DNA of 64,000 nt from an uncultured Rivularia sp. (GTDB lineage: Bacteria > Cyanobacteriota > Cyanobacteriia > Cyanobacteriales > Nostocaceae), in NCBI GenBank assembly GCA_963665115.1, contig OY762007.1, positions 5,056,001 through 5,120,000 on the forward strand, given 5' to 3'. Below the pieces are notes generated by a model. It made no database searches, had not been told where the DNA came from, and saw only the letters and a list, made by a program, of their open reading frames with translations. The translations under genes and the position numbers were made by a program. Positions 61,324 to 64,000 of the stretch are shown one piece after another; positions within the stretch are counted from its first letter, which is position 1; each line of letters starts with the position of its first letter.

Positions 61324-61812
61324 CTATTCCTGCAAAGAAAGCTTGTAATTATTTCTTGTACTAGCTTTGAAGCTGCCCACCCAGATTTTATATGTTCCTG
61401 CTTTCCAGTTAGTGCTGTTAATGCTAGCGTCTTTACTTCTGCCAGTATCGTCACCACAGCGAACTGTTTTATTGTCTGGCCCAACTATTAGTAAAGTAGT
61501 GTCATAGCCACCGCTATTAACTTTGATATTTAATTTTGAAAAATCTTTCTCTAAAACTAGAATATGATCTGGTTTGGGATCTGCAAAACCAATGCACAAA
61601 TTTCTATTGCGATCGCGTTTACTGACTGCAGATAAGGAATAAGAACCACCTGTATAACCCGTGACTGTTTTCTTTACAGCTTCCGAGTTTGGAGATAAGC
61701 TAATTTTTCCAAAGAAAGAGTTATTTGCTGCTACGGGATTAGAAGTAATAACAGTAAATAAACCTGCAAGGCAGCTTAGAGATAATAAAATTTGGGAGCG
61801 ACACGATTTCAT
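61324..61812 (-). CDS. Secreted PPC-like beta-sandwich protein
   Basis: Signal peptide ending VAA; CIGF..KPDHIL, DTTLLIVGP...CGDD, GTYKIWVGSF. Confidence 0.6.
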   Translation of the reverse strand: MKSCRSQILLSLSCLAGLFTVITSNPVAANNSFFGKISLSPNSEAVKKTVTGYTGGSYSLSAVSKRDRNRNLCIGFADPKPDHILVLEKDFSKLNIKVNSGGYDTTLLIVGPDNKTVRCGDDTGRSKDASINSTNWKAGTYKIWVGSFKASTRNNYKLSLQE

Positions 61813-62163
61813 ACATAGACTTCCCGAGATATCTTAATAAGGTTTATAAGTTCTTTTAGATACAAGCTAACTAAAGCTTATTTCGGAATAACCAGGTTTG
61901 TGACAGCTTTGTATCCGTACACTTATTAGACCAAATAACGAATTAGAAATCAAAGGTCTAAAGAATGAACTTAATATTTTGTGGTTTCTATCGAAAGTTA
62001 CAGCCTGTAAGTAATTTAATATTAATTAGATAGTAAAAGATTGAAGCTAGATTAAAATTTGCTGAAAAACATAGGGAACAGGCAACAGGGAATGGGGAAC
62101 AGTTATAGAAATAATGCAGGTTTAATTCCTAATTCCTAATTCCTAACTCCTGCTCCCTACTCC

Positions 62164-63831
62164 CTACTCCCTTAACAAAAAGAAAATACCAGCTTTGAGT
62201 AATTCGCTGTTGCTGTCGTAACTGCTAATAGTAAATGACTGTAGTTTGTCGAGAAAAGGTTTGCCGATAATTTCTACAAACTTGAGTATGGGTAATTGAC
62301 TTTCTATAAAATTTTGACTTTTTTTCCAATCAATATATACATATCCTTGGTTTGATTGGGGAATGGCTGCAATACTATCTTGAAAATTCCGATTATCATT
62401 GAAGAAATTTTCTTTGTTATTAATAGCTTCATCCATCGTCTCAATAGAAGAGGTGAAGATTTCGTAGTTATCTTTACTTGTATGAGTTCCTAATACCCTT
62501 GCCTGAATTTTCAAGTCTGATGCTTTATTACCTATAGTTGTTAATTTCGTCCAAGTAGAAATTGTTTGCTCATTTAAATTAATTGGACTAACTGTCAGTC
62601 CATTTTTAGAAGCTATTTCATCTAAATGGGAAATATCGGATGCTGTTGTTGAAGATTTCTCCGCGACAAAAATCCATTCAGGTTTTTTATTTTCACCTCT
62701 ATCACTGTTGGGTAGCAATGCTATGGCATATTCTCCTTTTACCCAACTGAAAATATCTTCTTTTAAGTTAATTCCCCAACGTTTTTGCAGTTTAGCTAAA
62801 GGCTTAGTGATTTGGGAAGCTATGTTTTCTCCCGATTCACTAGATATTGCGGAATCAGTTTGTTGCCAAAATAAAGCTAAATTGCTGTTATCTAAATTGC
62901 TCAAATCTTTTCCTGAAATTACCAAGCCGGAAGTAGCGGGAATATATGAAAGTGCTGCTACTTTTTCGCTCTCCGAGGCTAATGGTATTGGTGAATTTGC
63001 AAATAAACTAGTTTCTGCAAGCAAACCCTTTGATTTAGTAGCTAAAGAGATTAGTTGAGTACTAAAAGTTGGAGATGATAAATTTAAACCTTGCCATTTT
63101 GCGACAGCAGGAAGATTAAGAAACGTTACCGCTTGATTTTTGTTGTCTAATTTTTTGATAGCTTTTTGATAATTATCTGAGCTAATCAAACTTAAACCCG
63201 GTGCTTGAACGTTATTGATTGCTTCTCGTAGAATTTTGGCATCGTTGGCGAATAATACAAAATCATCGCCTACAACCGTTGCAGCCAAAGGTTTTTCGAT
63301 TTCTGTAGTTTGCCCAATATCGGAAATCAATTTGACTCCTTTATATTGTTCCACAACTAAGGAAGTTCCAGCTAAAACCCGTTTGGAAAATAAAACTTCA
63401 ATAAACTCGCGGCTTTTCTCTTTATCTTTGGTAGTGAGTACCGTTAGATAACCGGGTTGCCTTCCGTTTGCAGAATCCTTATCAATATCGTCAGTCGCTA
63501 CAGCTAAAGTAATTTCATCACCCAACCAAGGTTGAACATCTTTTTTATATTCAAGCCCGGTATTATTTAATAAAGTTTTTTTCAGCTTAGATAAATTAAC
63601 TCCGCCATTTAATACCTCGAAGCGATTTGGATCTATTGGCATTGACACCATAACAGGTGCTTGCTTAGAAATAAATACAGCAGCACTCGGTTGTTTTTGC
63701 GTATCGCTGACTAAATTCAGAGGATTTTTATTAAATAACCCATTGCAACCAGCGATACCAGTTAACAGCAGCATCATAATACTTGCTGCTACGAAACGAA
63801 ATAACGATTGTTTGCTTGCCACTCTCTTCAT
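62164..63831 (-). CDS. DUF3352-like lipoprotein
   Basis: Lipobox IAGC; GLEYKKDVQPWLGDEITLA; DIFSWVKGEYAIAL; start probably ATG 63831. Confidence 0.75.
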   Translation of the reverse strand: MKRVASKQSLFRFVAASIMMLLLTGIAGCNGLFNKNPLNLVSDTQKQPSAAVFISKQAPVMVSMPIDPNRFEVLNGGVNLSKLKKTLLNNTGLEYKKDVQPWLGDEITLAVATDDIDKDSANGRQPGYLTVLTTKDKEKSREFIEVLFSKRVLAGTSLVVEQYKGVKLISDIGQTTEIEKPLAATVVGDDFVLFANDAKILREAINNVQAPGLSLISSDNYQKAIKKLDNKNQAVTFLNLPAVAKWQGLNLSSPTFSTQLISLATKSKGLLAETSLFANSPIPLASESEKVAALSYIPATSGLVISGKDLSNLDNSNLALFWQQTDSAISSESGENIASQITKPLAKLQKRWGINLKEDIFSWVKGEYAIALLPNSDRGENKKPEWIFVAEKSSTTASDISHLDEIASKNGLTVSPINLNEQTISTWTKLTTIGNKASDLKIQARVLGTHTSKDNYEIFTSSIETMDEAINNKENFFNDNRNFQDSIAAIPQSNQGYVYIDWKKSQNFIESQLPILKFVEIIGKPFLDKLQSFTISSYDSNSELLKAGIFFLLRE

Positions 63832-64000
63832 ACTAGTCCCTTTGCAGCGTTTTTTAGCACCATCATTATTAAAGCGTCTTGTAGAAAAAATGGAAGAGGG
63901 AATAGGAAACAAGGAACAGGGAACGGTTATATAACTGAGCAGTAAATATAATGCTTTTCACAATCCAAAATCTAAAATCTAAAATTCAGTCGGATTAGGA

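Noticed and set aside
291..61617. Frequent GCGATCGC octamers
   Set aside because: HIP1, an ordinary cyanobacterial genome signature; not novel

Overview
Chromosomal window from a filamentous, probably heterocyst-forming cyanobacterium (Nostocales-like). This is inferred from psbA, abundant HIP1 GCGATCGC sites, heptamer STRR repeats, an N-terminally extended FtsZ and the fbp-tal-zwf-opcA operon. Housekeeping genes present: ftsQ-ftsZ, gshB/grxC, hflX, cofG, psbA, aroC, infC, cobB/cbiA, OPP operon, nrdJ (with a LAGLIDADG intein at the catalytic Cys) and cysE. Five things stand out. (1) A ~10.3 kb signalling locus: coiled-coil protein, membrane protein with a longin/roadblock-like cytoplasmic domain plus BON/OmpA, Rab-like small GTPase and hybrid kinase, next to a PatA-like and a multi-receiver regulator. 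(2) A four-helix-bundle (IVS/Avd-like) gene enclosed by inverted heptamer arms; the same arm architecture occurs empty in many other spacers. (3) A PrlF/YhaV toxin-antitoxin island with an orphan mini-antitoxin and an internally deleted copy of a NACHT-less HEAT gene. (4) Many GTAG-type palindromic repeats, some nested three deep, some flanking accessory genes or supplying stop codons. (5) Six small-indel frameshifts, one in essential ftsZ, most likely assembly errors. All calls come from reading motifs; no searches were run.
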